Origin: the human T2T-CHM13v2.0 reference genome, Homo sapiens
Direction: 5' to 3' (one strand)
NCBI RefSeq assembly: GCF_009914755.1
Contig: NC_060925.1
DNA: 64,000 nucleotides
Below the pieces are notes generated by a model that saw nothing but the letters and a program-made list of their open reading frames with translations, ran no database searches and was not told the DNA's origin. Positions 12,200-26,167 of the stretch are shown here, one piece after another. Numbering within the stretch: position 1 is the stretch's first letter; each line of letters opens with the position of its first letter. The position numbers and the translations under genes were made by a program.

Positions 12200-13450
12200 A
12201 TTCTGCATACAAAAACTCTAGACTTTACTCTCCTTCCAGAGTTTATGTCTTTATTTCACACTTTGCATCTTTTAAATTGTGTATTTCTTAACAACTTATT
12301 ATGGCATCGTAGCTTTAGTTTTTATTTATTTATTTATTAACTATTTTTACATTTAATTTTTATTCTAGAGATATATATGGTTTTCACTCTACCATTACAG
12401 TATTGTAGTATTCTGGATTTTATTATATATTTACCTGGACCAGTGAGTTTGTAGTTTCATGTGTGTTTATGATAGCAATTATTGCCCTTTAATTTCTACT
12501 TGAATAACTCCCTTCAGCATTTCTTGCAGGGCAGGTCTAATGTGATGAATTCCTTCAGCTTTTGCTTGTCTGGGAAAGACTTTATTTTCTCTCATTTCTC
12601 AAGGACAGCTTTTTTGGCTAGAGTGTTCTTGGCTGCCATTTTTCTATTCTTTCAACACTTTTAATATAATCTTCAATTCTCTCCTAGCCTGAAATATTTC
12701 TACGAAGTTTGCTTATAGAATAAAATTCTCTCTTTGTCTTTGATTTTTGACAGTTTGATTATAATGTGCCTTGGAGAGGACTTCTTTTGTGTTGCATCTT
12801 GTTTAGAAACCTTTAAGCATCATACATCCGGTTGTTCATGTCTCTTCCAAGACTTGGACAGCTTTCAGCAATTATTTCATTGAATTAGCTTTCTTTCTGT
12901 TTTTGTGTCTTTTCTCCTTCTTGAACTCCCAAAATACAAATAGTTGTTAGACTAATGGTCTTCCATAAATCTCACAGTCCATCTTCACTTTTTTTTTTCA
13001 TTCTTTTCTCTGGATGAGTTATTTGAGAAAAAATGTTTTAAAGTATAGAATTATTTCTTTTGCTTGATCTAGTCTGTTTCTCTATTTTATTTTTTTATTT
13101 AATTGATTGAATGCTTTAGCTCCAAGCTTTCTGTTTGGATTGTTATTATAACATCAATCTCTTTGCTAAATTTCTTATTCATATCATTAGTTGTTTCCCT
13201 GATATCATGAACTAATCTATTTGTATTCTCTTATATCTCACTTAGTTTTTTTAAGATCATTATTTGGAATTTCTTTTTATGCATTTTACAAATTTCCATT
13301 TTTGGAGGGTCAGCTACTGGATAATTACTGTGTTTCTTTGGTGGCGTTTTTTTTTCCTTGCCTTTTCGTGTTTTTTTATGTCTTTGCACTAATGTGTGTA
13401 CATCTGTCAAGTAGTCATCTCTTCTAAACTTTATAGACTAGTTTTCTTAA
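12200..13450 (-). mobile_element. Old L1M ORF1/inter-ORF region fragment
   Basis: tcccttcagcatttcttgcagggcaggtct..gtgatgaattccttcagcttttgcttgtctgggaaagac; ttgacagtttgattataatgtgccttggagag. Confidence 0.75.
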
Positions 13451-16400
13451 GGGAAAATATTCACCAGTACATGGGTCTGTTTGCCCAAGGTATGGTGGTT
13501 CTGGTTCAATGTGGGCAAAGTGATGTAGTCTCCATGCAATTCAAGGATAATATTTACAAGATTTAGACAAAGATCAATCACATCCTTTTTCTATTAGATG
13601 GTAATAATAATTTATGTTACATTGTTTATTGAGAAAAGTAAAGTTTTATATGAAATAACCCAATGTTTGTAAAATATTTTTAAAAATACCTTATATGTGT
13701 ACACATGTTGGTGTGCACACATGTGTGTACCTGTTTATAAGCATGAAGTATATGGGTACTTTAAAGGGATAGAAAATGAAGAGGAAAAGAATTAGCAAAA
13801 GGGAGTAAGGTAAGAAAAAAACAGATTATACCAAATTTAAAAGTGAATCTGCATTAATGTTCATGGAAAACGATATAACATCAAAATGTCTTTTAAGAAA
13901 TACTGAAATATTTAATAGAAGCATGGGCAAGGATTACAGTTAAAATAGATAAGAATGTTGATTTGATTCAGGTCTGGGAGTGTGAACAAAGCTGAGAATT
14001 GGAAATTTATTAGCTTGATATAATGTCTATAATAAACCATAACTCTTTAAAGGAAACAGTCAAATTACTTCTTAGCTTATATATATAGATCATATTCAGA
14101 TATCTCAAATAATTTTTTTCTAATTATATTCATAAATATCTAATCAGATTTATTAGCTTTTTAAGTAAAGTTCATTCTCAACTATCATCAGTTACTTCTG
14201 GGAAAACAATTTTAATTTTTCTTAGCTTAAGGAAGATGTTCTCTCAAGTTGTCAGCTATGATAGATATAACAACAAATCAATTTTAGCTGTGAAAATACA
14301 GCATTTTCTTGACAATGGTCTAGAATATTACCTCATTTGTAATTCTAAGATATCTACAAGGTACCACATGACATTTGAAATGCTATAAAAGATTGATATC
14401 AAGAAAATACTGCAACTTAGAGTATTTCAAAAAAATCTAGATTTCAGGTATGCCTCTGTGTCTTCAGGAATTTATAACTACTCATTTCAATTAATTATTT
14501 TGAACACAGTCACCACATCAATGAAATAAAATGATCACATTAAATAATTACTAAGCTTTTAGCTTTATAAAGTTATATTTTTTTAAAAAGATTGCTTTTA
14601 TTGAATTTTAAAATTGTAATTAAAGATAACAACTAATATTGTAAAAGTTTTTAGATAAATTTCACTGAGAGTGAAAAGTAATATTGTATTTCTGAAGGTC
14701 AATTTTTGCTGTATATGTGAAAAGTCACTGATACATTTACACATTTTAATCTAGCTATTCTACTTCTAAAAATGTAGTCTGATGACATAATCAGAAATAC
14801 ACACAAGCTTTTCTAAAAAAATAACTTTTGTGGCATGTAATAAAAAAATTAAGATAGAGCATGTAATTGATAGTATGGCATGTAGCCATCTTATAGGTTG
14901 TTTTTCATGCTAGAAACAGAATAAGCTTGTTTATAAAGATAATATTAGTCAAAAACTCAATGACTAATGACTTATTCTTTTTCTTCTTAGGTGAAATACC
15001 TCTAAATTCAATACAATGTGTCTAATTGTTAATTTGAAAGAAGTACAATAAATATACTATGTCCAAAAATCAGGAAATACAGGAGAAATATGGGTAAAAT
15101 GTGTCATCTGGAAGCATAACATTAAAACAGTTCCCCCATAAAGCATTTAGCAATTGTTTCAGCAAATTGATTTTTAAAAGTAATATTCTCCTGTATCATG
15201 GCCACTATTTATTTCCATTACCTAATTCTCAGAACACATGCTGGGTTTCTACCTGCTGTGCACACTAATTAGGTCTTTATAGTACCAACCTTTTAACCTA
15301 ACAAACCCCTTTAAGCACTGCTTATGTTGGAAAATTTCATAACATTATAAATTAAGGACACAGTTTCTGTAATTCACTGAAAGGCTATTATACATAATTC
15401 TTATTATTTTGATATTTATTTTTTTGAAAATACGAGACAGAGTTTTTAAATTCTATTCAGTGATTTTATCCCCAAACCTCAGACTCATTCTGTCCTATAG
15501 ATGTCTGTCATCATATTAGGTTATAAAGAAAATTATCAACCCTCCCCACTTCTACCTTACACTAATTCACCCCAGTTACCCAGTTGAAAAAAATGATGAC
15601 AGAGAGAAAGAAGAGAAACAAGAGGGGAAATAATTATGAACTAAAAAAATAAGAAAACTTACAAGCTTGAATATCATGCTTCTGAATATCTGCATACTGC
15701 AGAAGTTCTTCAAGTGCACAGCAGAGACACCAAAGCAGAATCATTGCTGTGAAATTTTAGAACATGAGTGCCAAAGACTTACAATCTTCCAGAATGAAAG
15801 ACACATTTTGATAAAAGTATACACATTGTTGATCCAATTCTCCTCAAAAAAAATTTTTCAACTTTTTTGAAAGCTGCAGGTGTAGAGATACAATTATTTA
15901 CCAGAAATAAACTGTCCAGAGAAAAGTCGGTCTTGAACAAACCATCATGGGACACAAAGAAAAAAATCAGCAAAACCTCTGCTGATGAAGCAGAATGTCT
16001 GCACAGAAATTACTAATAAAGAACTATATGCCATAGTAATTGAGTTTTGTAGGCTGTGAATGTATTATGTGTCTATAAATATGCTTGACTGTTTTCAAAT
16101 GATTAATTATAACTCGATAATAGGATTTCATTCATTCTTATAAATCATTTGGTGTTATTTACAAAGTCCTATGGAACACAGCTGTTTAAGATATCATCAA
16201 ATATAAAGTAAAACATGAGAATATTTAATATTTTGCTTCATTTTAAGGTTAAAATATTTAAAAGATTTGTTCTGCATAAATTTACTGGAAGTGATGTCTA
16301 CTCAAGCAAGTAGCATTTCTGGTTTGTTTAAATAATTAATTAGTTATGGATTCTAGATAAGTCTTTGTTTAAGTATCCTAGAACAAGACTAAATTGCATT

Positions 16401-17909
16401 ACACTGGCTATGTGGGAGACACTAGGTGGAGCCCATCTTTATTTGGTATTACATTTTATATTTATTCCCTTGATAATTCAGTGCCCCTAAATATAGATTA
16501 TCTTGACCAGGTATGAGTGTTGGCTGGTGTAATTGGTGGTTTATTCTTATGGGACAGGATACTTATGGTGATCTGGGTGTCAGCAGTTTTGATTGCTCCT
16601 GAATCTTTTTAACAGGACAGTACTCATATTGAATTATGCCTTCACCTTTTGACCTCATTTAATATTATATCCTCTTCAAATTAGTCATGATGTTGAGTTA
16701 GGGCTTAAACATATACATTTTCGGGGACCCAGTTCAGTCCATAACAGGTCCTCAATAACATGAAGCTCTTCAGTTATTTTGAAAAGTCAAATGGGTTCAG
16801 CTAGTGAAATGGCTCATACATTCTTCAATGAATAACTATTTAAGCAATTCCAATAGATGAATATATATTTTCGGAGAGCACTGCATTAAAGTTACCATTT
16901 AAAATAATTCAGAAAAATGAAAATGGAGTTTTTTGAGTATTCTGCATATTTCTTTTTTGTTCTTTAATGAAAGATTCAGGAATGACTCTCGCTCTTTTTT
17001 GCTATTGCTATTTAGGAATGTGAGTTTTGAAATTGCTTTAGTAATTGTACTAATAGGCTGAGGAGGGGGATAACATACCGAAGACCAATTTACAGGGAAA
17101 TGGAGTCAAAGCCAATGAAATGAGATAGTCCTGAAGTCCACACTAGCACTACCATTTCTGATAAGTGAGCCAGAAAATTGACTTATTATTTCAAACAGTT
17201 TGTGTTTGTTCCTCTGTTACTTGTACCTTATATGATTCTAACAGATGCAGCAGGGCAACACAATCTCCAGGAGTTAGAGATGAGTTCACTATTTCAAAAT
17301 ATTTTTTGTTAAAATTATCAAGTTATATGTAAGGGCAGACACAAATAAATCTATTGGCAAAAATAATATTTCAGACCAAAAAGATCTAAGTTTCACAGCA
17401 AGAGCTTGTAGGACAAGTGTCTGAGTTGCAATCCAGGTTCATTTAGTTGCTGCGGGTTCTCGTCTCTTACGGGGGTTCTGAGGATTAAATGAATAATACC
17501 TGTAAAGTGCTTAGAACATTGCCTGTCATGTAGTATGCATTCAACACATATTAGCAATTTTTGTGATTTTAAAGATTGAGAGTATAATTTTTAAGATTGC
17601 CATAGAAAAGAAAGAATATAAAGCCTGTTTTCTCAATGAAATTACGTACCTTCAGCTACACTTCCATGAAGCCACCACAAGTTTGTATAAATCTTAATTT
17701 GAGAATCACTGGATTACAGAAAGCTACCTTGTTCCAGAGATTGTTGGCTGTCCCTAGAGATGTATGCTCCGTTTTCCATTGTGTATAGTTGTTGCTGAGA
17801 ATCAACAATTCAGTGAAGGACCCCACATTCCAACCTCCCTTGTGTTTAGATGGCATTATGTGATTATTTCTCACCAAATAAATATTAGTAGCAATGGTGT
17901 AAATTACTT

Positions 17910-18518
17910 TGTATGGGAAGATTTTACCTTGCCCAGAGAAAAGTCTGACCTTTCCCATTGGCTGCTGAGGTAATCTCTAAACCCTTAGAATATCCTGCCT
18001 GAAGAATATGTCTTCGTTTAACCTGAAAACTTTTGGCCACACCAGGTATCTAACAATGTGATAAAAGGTGAAGTCTTTGGGTCCTATGGTATCAGCTTGA
18101 CCTGCAGAGAAACTGGAGACAAAAGTCAGCCACATAGTTGGTAAACCAAGTCCATGTCACCAGGCTCTAGTTAAAACTTAGGCACTAAGACTTGGGTTAG
18201 CTTCACTGGAGGCTATATACTCTACGCATATTGTCACAAATCGATTCTAGTTAAGCACTGTCCATGACTCCACTGGAAGAGAAGTAAAGGAAGCCCCACA
18301 CACAGAACATTTCTAGATTTTGTCCCATGCATTTGTTCCCTTCATTGTATTTTATCCTTTCACTTTTATAACCACAATTCTGCTTATAACCATTTTCAAT
18401 GACTTCTGTGAGTACTTCTAGTAAGTAATATAACTCGAGGGTAGTCTTGGGGACCACCGGACTCTGCAGGTGTTATTAGAAATGAGGGTGGTTTTGTGGT
18501 CTATTCCCTAACTTCACA
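17910..18518 (+). mobile_element. ERVL LTR of the MER21/MER77 group, nested in an old MLT1 LTR (~17700-18760)
   Basis: ttttaccttgcccagagaaaagtctgacc...gtaatctctaaacccttagaatatcctgcctg...tgtccatgactccactggaagag...gggtagtcttggggacc. Confidence 0.7.
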
Positions 18519-20149
18519 GTCATTTTCTGGCTAAGGAGTTTAAAGAGTATGAGTGCCTTCTCCAAATGTAGATTTTGTTAACCAACTTGATCCAAAGAAT
18601 TTCAAGGCATAGGGACTAACGGAGCCTCAAGACAGAAGGAGCCTGGAGTATAAACCAGGCTTGCACCCACATCCACATTGCATTTTTTCATGAGCAAAAA
18701 GTAAATTTCCATTTATTTAAGTAATTGGAATGTTGCTATATATTAAAACAACCTTGCCATAACGAATAGGTTTCTTAGCCGGGTTTTACTTCCTTTGAGG
18801 CACTAAAAGATGGCATGTAAGTTTAAACAACAACAACAACAAAATAAACAAACTAATTGCTGATAGATAATGGCAGTCACTGTTATTTATTGAATTTTGA
18901 ATCCACGTTTTCTGCATATTTTATGTCTGATGTTCTGGTAGATGCTGTTAGAGTTACTTTAAGTAATAAAAATAGTTTGCTGGTAATGTCTATTCTCATT
19001 TCAGGTAGAAACAATACCCTTTCTACCACTTATTTTATTCAATTATAAAGTCTCCACTTTAATATATAATATGAATGAGCAAATATTATCACCTTACAAC
19101 CTCTACAAATTATTTTAAAAGAATGCTAATTTGAACTTTATTTAAAGCAACCAAATCACTTATCTACCAGGTAGAATTTAGTTCTGCTTTATTGTTCCAT
19201 TATTTCCACAAGTATAATTGCCAATTAATTTACTCTATTTTTCTCTCATTCCAATTAGAGTTCTCTTTGAAGTTTCCTGACCATTGAAACAAAGCCCTAG
19301 GTTTTACGCTCTATGTAGCCAGTGGTGATTCAAATGTCAGTGCTGCAGGCTGTGAAACATCCTTTTTCATTAGCTTGAATAAAGTGACTTATTTAGCTTG
19401 CTATCTAGCAATCCTGAATGTTTAATGTCTGCTGAAAATTTGCAGCTGAGATAATATCACTCTTCACACTCTGAACTTTTCAAATATTTTTTTAACTCAA
19501 TATAACAAAGAGTAGCATTCTCATACCATATTTTAAGCTTTTATTGGAAGTACAGGCTATTATAAGATGATAAAACAGATAGAAGGCATTCTCTTTTATC
19601 TACAGTTAGAGCTAAGAATATGTTGTGGTATCTGTTTGTTTATGTAAAAAGAAATTCAAAATCATCAATAGATGGCCATCCTCTTGAAGGCATAATATTT
19701 TGCTTAGTTTAAAAAATAGTAGGCAATATGTACCAAATGAAAATGGGAAATCTATGTTCTGTAGCTCCTTTGTATGGCTGTGTTATTTAGTAAAAGTTTA
19801 GAAATAAGTAAACTTATACAAAATGGAAAATTTTCTAAGCAAGTAAAATGAAACCACTTTTTATTTCTGTGTCTTGTTTGAACAGAGCATTAGATGCTAA
19901 TTCGAAATTTATAGTTTTCACTAGATTTTGTGAAGACAGAGACATATCTATAATGCCTCTGGGAAAACAAATGAAATGTTTTTAGCCCCAAATGTAATCC
20001 TTTTAAATTCTCACACATTCTGATATTGTACCAAGGTATTGATGTATATCATAGCAGAATTTGACTAAGGAGAAATATGATTCAAGCCTTTTAAAATTAT
20101 TATTGTCTCATTGTATCTTTTTTCTCTTACCCTCACTCTGCTCATTTCA

Positions 20150-21224
20150 ATGAGGAAGGATTTCCTTAGTATGCAAGGATGGAAGAAGGAGAGAGGAAGC
20201 TCTTCCTTCTCTCCCTCATGTACCCAGGATATCTTTTAAGAAGAGAAGAGAACCGGGAATGCCCACTCCCCTCTTTCTAGATGCACAGTCATTCATCTTA
20301 AGTCTGTATCCCTTTGGATTGCGTCCTGAACCCCTGGGACTCCTTTGAAAAAATGCCTTCTTTTTCATTTCTCCTCCTCAGTTCTCTCTACATGGATAGG
20401 TGATTATGTCTCCGTACTGTAGGGCACTCCCCTCAGATGCATCCTCCAAACTGGAAAGAGTTAATTTCCAAAACCTTAAACTCTTTGGCTTAGGATTGGG
20501 CTCCGGGGAAGGGAACCCAGAAACCCAACGTGCTGGCATAAAGGTTTTTTGTTTCTCTCTTTTTTTTTTTTTTTTTCTTTCTTTAGACAGAGTCTTGGTG
20601 TGTCTCCGGGCTAGAGTGCAGTGGCACGATCTACGCTCACTGCAACCTCCCCTTTCTGGGTTAAGCCATTCTCTTGCTTCAGCCTCTCGAGTAGCTGGGA
20701 CTATAGGCGCAGCTAATTTTTGTATTTTTTAGTAGAAACGGGGTTTCACCATGTTAGCCAGGATGGTCTTGATCTCTTGACCTCGTGATCCGCCTGCCTT
20801 GGCCTCCCAAAGTGCTGGGATTACAGGCATGAGGCACTGTGCCTTGCCAGGGTAAAGGTTTTCTTTTTTTTCTTTTTTTTTTTTCTTTTCCAGTCAGGCT
20901 TTTGCCCTCCCTCTCCCAGTGCAAACTGGTAAAGGCCTCGGAATTTTTGAGCTGCCCTTACCCCTCCCCTTGTTTCATTTTGATACATGTTTTCTCATAA
21001 CCTGGTTTGTCTGTTCTTTCCTCAAGGCTATCAGACTCCAAACAGTTTGACAACCGGAGCCTCTGACAATGGCTCCTTACTGCTGAGAGCCCTTAGGCCC
21101 CTGAGGGAGCTCTGACTGCAGTTTCCCCAAACAGCGCCCCCTTTTGGCAGGAAGCAGTTAAGATCGGTCTTCGTCCTTATCCTTATTCTAAGGGCAGTTA
21201 GATGCACTTCATTACAGGTGGGAC
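20150..21224 (+). mobile_element. ERV1 internal 3' region (MER61-int-like), interrupted by Alu
   Basis: GC-richer block with an env-tail-like ggctatcagactccaaac..accggagcc, cagcgccccc..gcaggaagcagttaagatcggtc, ending in a degenerate polypurine tract right before the LTR. Confidence 0.65.
20559..20848 (-). mobile_element. AluS (AluSc-like) SINE
   Basis: Reverse Alu with ttagccaggatggtcttgatctcttgacctcgtgatcc; flanking taaaggtttt on both sides. Confidence 0.9.
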
Positions 21225-21526
21225 TGAGACAACCAGGTGCGAGGGATCCCTGGAGAATCTCCAATCAGCCTGCTCACTGACGTGGAGCCTCCGAAGTTCA
21301 CACATTTGCAGCAGGGAGGAGCCTGTCCCCTCCTCTTCCTGTGTGGAACGTGGGGTCCAACGCTGGGGCAGGAAGCACTCCAGCAGGGGACTCTGGCCTT
21401 GCAGAGGATCTCTGTTTCCCCATTTCCCCCCTTTTCACACAATAAAAATCCTGCTTTATTCTTTTCGTGGCTGTGGAACAGACAAGAACACCATCTTTAG
21501 CTGAACTACGGAAAAGTCTTGCAACA
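21225..21526 (+). mobile_element. ERV1 3' LTR, MER61-like
   Basis: TG...CA ends (tgagacaaccaggtg ... gaaaagtcttgcaaca), ggaggagcctgtcccctcctcttcctgtgtggaac, AATAAA at 21441-21446. Confidence 0.75.
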
Positions 21527-22306
21527 CATCCATCCATATGTGCGAGGAGATAGGAAAAAACGTATGTTAGGTTTTTACTTTACTGTCCTCAACAGGGTGA
21601 TAATGTGTTATATCATATCCTCCCCGCCCCCGGAATTTTTTCTTTACTCCCTAGAATATACCATGTATTCAGCATGATCTCTGATATTGATGTTGATGAG
21701 AATAATGAAGTCAGATGAAGTGTATACAGTATGCAAATTGTATATGTATCAATAGTTTGGCATAACTGATATCAACATTAATTAATAAAATTGTGTATCA
21801 TTAAGTGAAACAAAATATCAGAGAAATATATCTTTATAAAGCAGGGTACAATGAACATAAGCTTGATCATATTAAAGGCAGTGTAGTACCACTTAAATAA
21901 CTTTCTACATGAGATTATCTACTCAGTTTTAATTACACCTGTATAAATTAAGTACAATGATAATAAAAATTAAATTGTGTGGACTCTAAATAACATAGAG
22001 TCAAATTTATATGATGGCCTGTTGAAAATATATGTATGTAATATTTGACATCCGACAATGTACTATAGCAAAATAACCAAACATTACAATAGCTTACATA
22101 AGCTAGAATTGTATTTCTATCTCACATAGTTATGCAGAAATTGGCTGTTACTCCAATTACTTTAAGGATAACAGGTAGCTGTTTCATATTCCATACCTGG
22201 CTTTTATCTTTTGATCTTTACCTCTTTCTGACATGATTTTTGCATTCAGCAAGTGTGGAAGGAATGAAAGTACAAGGACTATGAACTCACGTTCCAATTA
22301 AGAGTG

Positions 22307-22484
22307 TAGGGGTTAGGGTCCATTGATGTGCCAGCTAGGAGGTTGTTAAGGAGCCTGAATTTAGAAGGGTCCCCACATTGGTTTAATACTTTGCTGTCAC
22401 TTTCTTGAAATTCGTAATAATTTTTTAACAAGACTCTGCATTTTTATTTGGCATTGAACCCTGAAAATTATGTTGCTAGCCCTG
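22307..22484 (+). mobile_element. MER45A (hAT-Tip100) DNA transposon
   Basis: agaagggtccccacattggtttaatactttgctgtcac..cttgaaattc..gaaaattatgttgctagccctg. Confidence 0.75.
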
Positions 22485-24169
22485 AGAAAAATGACCGAGG
22501 CATGCATTTCCCCTTTTGAATTCTTACTGGCCAAAATTTGTTTATATAACCACAACTTTGCCACATTAAATGCTGAAGATTGTAATAGCTTGCTGGCAGC
22601 CAGGGAGAGCTAAAACTCAGGAGTTTTATATTAAAAGGAAAAAAGAATGCATATTGACTTACATCTAACAGTCTCAGCCAGTGTCCATGTTTTCCTTTTT
22701 TTGATTCCCAGAACCTAGGAATATGACAGGCACATAGTAGGTGGCTATATTTTTTGTTGAGGAAATAAATACGTGACTGAAATACATGAAATAAATGAAA
22801 TCAATAAAACAAAACAAACAAATCTTTTAATTTTAGTTGGAGATATATCATCAAAAGAACATTAGAAAATGAGATTGGCTCAATCTAGTACCATTTTTAT
22901 TATTAGATAAATATTTCCAAAGATTCAAAAATACTTTCAAAATTCCTGGTTCACAACAGATAAAAGCAGGTAAGTATTATGCCTATGGAGCTCAATTTCC
23001 AGAAGGATAAATAATGTTTGGTCAAACTGTGATACAGAGGTACGAAATCTCACACTCTTTAATTACTGGTGAATGTATCAAGTTTCTCCTGGTAAAAGTA
23101 GTCTTAACTTGGACACATTTTGGTGTCATACCTTTTTTACTGTAACCACTTTAAGAGTAATATGTTTTCTAAAAATAGTGTTAGGACAATTACATGTGAT
23201 TCTGGATTCCCAGATAATAGATTATTGCTGGTGAAATTAGCATAAACAAAAAATTTTAGCAATATAGAGTCATTTGGTATAAAGCAAAACAAACTAATGT
23301 GTCACAATAATCACTGCTGTTTGTTATTACTACTGCATAAAGTAACTGATGGTCATCTTGATTACTTAGTATAGGGAATAAGGAATTTAGAAATAAGGAA
23401 TTTAGAAAAAGCTGCATAAAAGAATTACATAAAAGAGTTTGAAGGTATAAAAAGTGTACAAGTTTTGCATTTCTGAAAAATATCCTTATAAAAATCTATT
23501 TAGTCCCTGTTAAATTACTGAATAAATACAGCACTTGGGTAATTTGTAAATTGTAAATTTTATGCTCATTATTATGAAAATGCATTAGAGTACTTAGATG
23601 TTGAGTTGGAGGATACATTAGCGGAAAAGTAATGCATAAGAAGGCATTATTATATTAGTTAGAGTGAAGGCTGAACAAAAATAAAAGGAGACTAATTGTA
23701 ATGACTCAGGAAATAAATTTATTTCTGTCTTATGTAATGTGCAGGATATATATTTGGAATCTTCTCAAATTAGTCATGTCAGGATTAGTTAGGGGCTCTA
23801 CCATCCTTGAAACATGATTTTCAAGGTTGTTCCTTTCATAGCCATTCACAGACGGGAAGAAAAGTAAGAGTGAATCCAGGCCAAGTTTCTTTTAAGTAAG
23901 TGAAATGGAAATTGTTGAAATGTTTTCTACTAACATTTTGTTGATGAGAATTTAGACATATAGTCAACTACTTAGAAATGAGATAAGAAAATGTAATCTA
24001 GCTGAGAAGCTCTGTACCTAGGAAAAAAGAGATTACTTTGAGGGAATAAATAAGTATTGTAACAATACTTTCCCAAATACATTATTTACAATTTAAAAAT
24101 TATTTTTAAAATGATTTTTACTTATGGAATTTCTAGCAATACACTGAATGTCCTATGGAATTATCATTT

Positions 24170-25660
24170 CTTAAACTGCTTTTATTTAGAACAGATTTAC
24201 TTAGATTTACAGAAAAATTCAAAAAGACAGAGTTCCTATGTACTCCACTTCGTTTCCATGTTATTAAATTCTTAAATGTAATACATTAAAATAGTTATCT
24301 TTGTTACAATTAATCAATATTGGTACGTCATTATTAACTAAAACCTATACTTTATTCAGATTTCCTTAGCTTTTATTTAATATCCTTCTTTCACTGCTAC
24401 TACACAGGAGAGTATTGGCTTTTTTATATTAACTTTGTGTCCTTGCTCTGTTAGCTGAGAGAGCCTAGATGCAATGACAATCCTGTAGCAATGAGCACAC
24501 CCACTGTCTAGATTTTGGTTTCTGCAATACCATTTCCCAAAAATAGTAAGAAAAGATTCTTAGAAAAATGCCTGGTTCTAGGACTGGGACAGGAAATAAT
24601 ACAAGGTGAGCCAGTGATAGAGCATAACTCTCCACTCACTGAGTGTGGGGTATGCACAGTAACTTTGTTCAAAATGGTACAGTATGGAAAGGAAGAAAAA
24701 TGAGTGAGCTTTTAGTGTACACCCCAGACAAAGACTACATCAGTCAGGTGATCAAGGTAAACATCTCGATAATTTATGTTGATAGTAAGTACCCTTTATA
24801 TGACATAATGAAATGGGGCTATGTGGTCTTCTCCCAAAAATATAGAACTGCAGTCTAATTATGACAAAAACGTGTATTCTACTGATGTTAAATGGAATAT
24901 TCTATAAATTTCAATAGGATCAAGTTGATTGGTAGTGATGCAAGGTTAAACTGTGTCTGTAGTGATTTTCTGCCTGCTTGATCTATTACTGCAAGAGAGG
25001 TGTTGAAACCTCAAACTATAATAGTAGATAGTTTCCTTTTCAATTACATAAACTTTTGCCTTATATGTTTTGATGCTCTATTGTTAGTTTGTTAAAGTTT
25101 GCTATGTCTTCTTGGAGAATGGTTCCTTTTTTCATTATGTAATGTTTATCTTCATCTCTGAACATTTTTCTTGTTCTGAAGCCTGTTTCTTCAGCAATGA
25201 ATATAGCTACTTCAGTCTTCTTTTGATTGATATTAGCACAGTATATATTTTTCTATCCCTTTTAAGTTGAATTTTTATATACGTGGACTTCTTTTAGAAA
25301 ATATATAGTGGAATCTTTTTTGTTGATTATGTCAATCTGACCTAAGGGTAGTATTTAGACCATTTACATTTAAATTGATTGTTGAAATACATAGATTAAT
25401 ATCTACTATATTTCTAATTGTTGTATATTTATTGTACTTAGTCTCTACTTTTCCTGTTTCTTCCTTTTCTGCTTTTAATTGAGAATTTTTACCATCCTAT
25501 CTTTTTTTGTAGCATATCTATTTTAGCATATATTGCTTTAAAATATATATTTCAGTGAATGTTCTTGAGTTTATAATACATTTTTTTAACTATCTTACCT
25601 CCAACTTTAAATAGTACTATATGGCATCATGTTAGTACAGGTATGTTGTAACAGAATGAT
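24170..25660. mobile_element. Cluster of old L1MC/L1M fragments in mixed orientation
   Basis: L1MC-type 3'UTR motifs (gtagcaatgagcacaccca, gtacagtatggaaagg, aggtgatcaaggt) and minus-strand ORF2 motifs (ttgatgctctattgttag, tttagaccatttacatttaa). Confidence 0.65.
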
Positions 25661-26167
25661 TAGTAAATATTTCCTAGATTTTTCAAGTTAAAAAAGAAAA
25701 TCTGTTGAGCTGTTAAATCTATTAAACTATTTGTGAATTTAGCATAGAGGATTATAGACTGGAATATTCTGCAAAATTGGGGGCCACGAAGAAAATAAAA
25801 ATTAAGAATTACATAATAGACATTATATAATTTATATGTATTTTATAAATTGTTTTATAACTTACTAGAATTTTCTGTCCAAGGGAAACAAGACAATATC
25901 ATAAACCAGTGTATAGATCATAGAGTTTCAGAAACATAACTGAGATAAGACATTTTACACATTTCCACCACTTCCCCATAAGTAATAAATAAAACACTTT
26001 CTAAATATAGTAATCTATTTCACATAATTTGTAAGTACAATCTTCTGCATTTAAATTATTTGAGTATAATATTTTTATTAGTCCTAGTGTTTAAAAATTT
26101 TTAAGAAAGATACGCTTTTATATTTATTTAATCTATGTAAGTCATCATATAAATATTAGAGAATCTG

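Noticed and set aside
21225-21526. p53 response element expected in MER61-family LTRs
   Set aside because: I could not find a pair of RRRCWWGYYY half-sites in this copy; the closest (agacaagaac) is a poor single half-site
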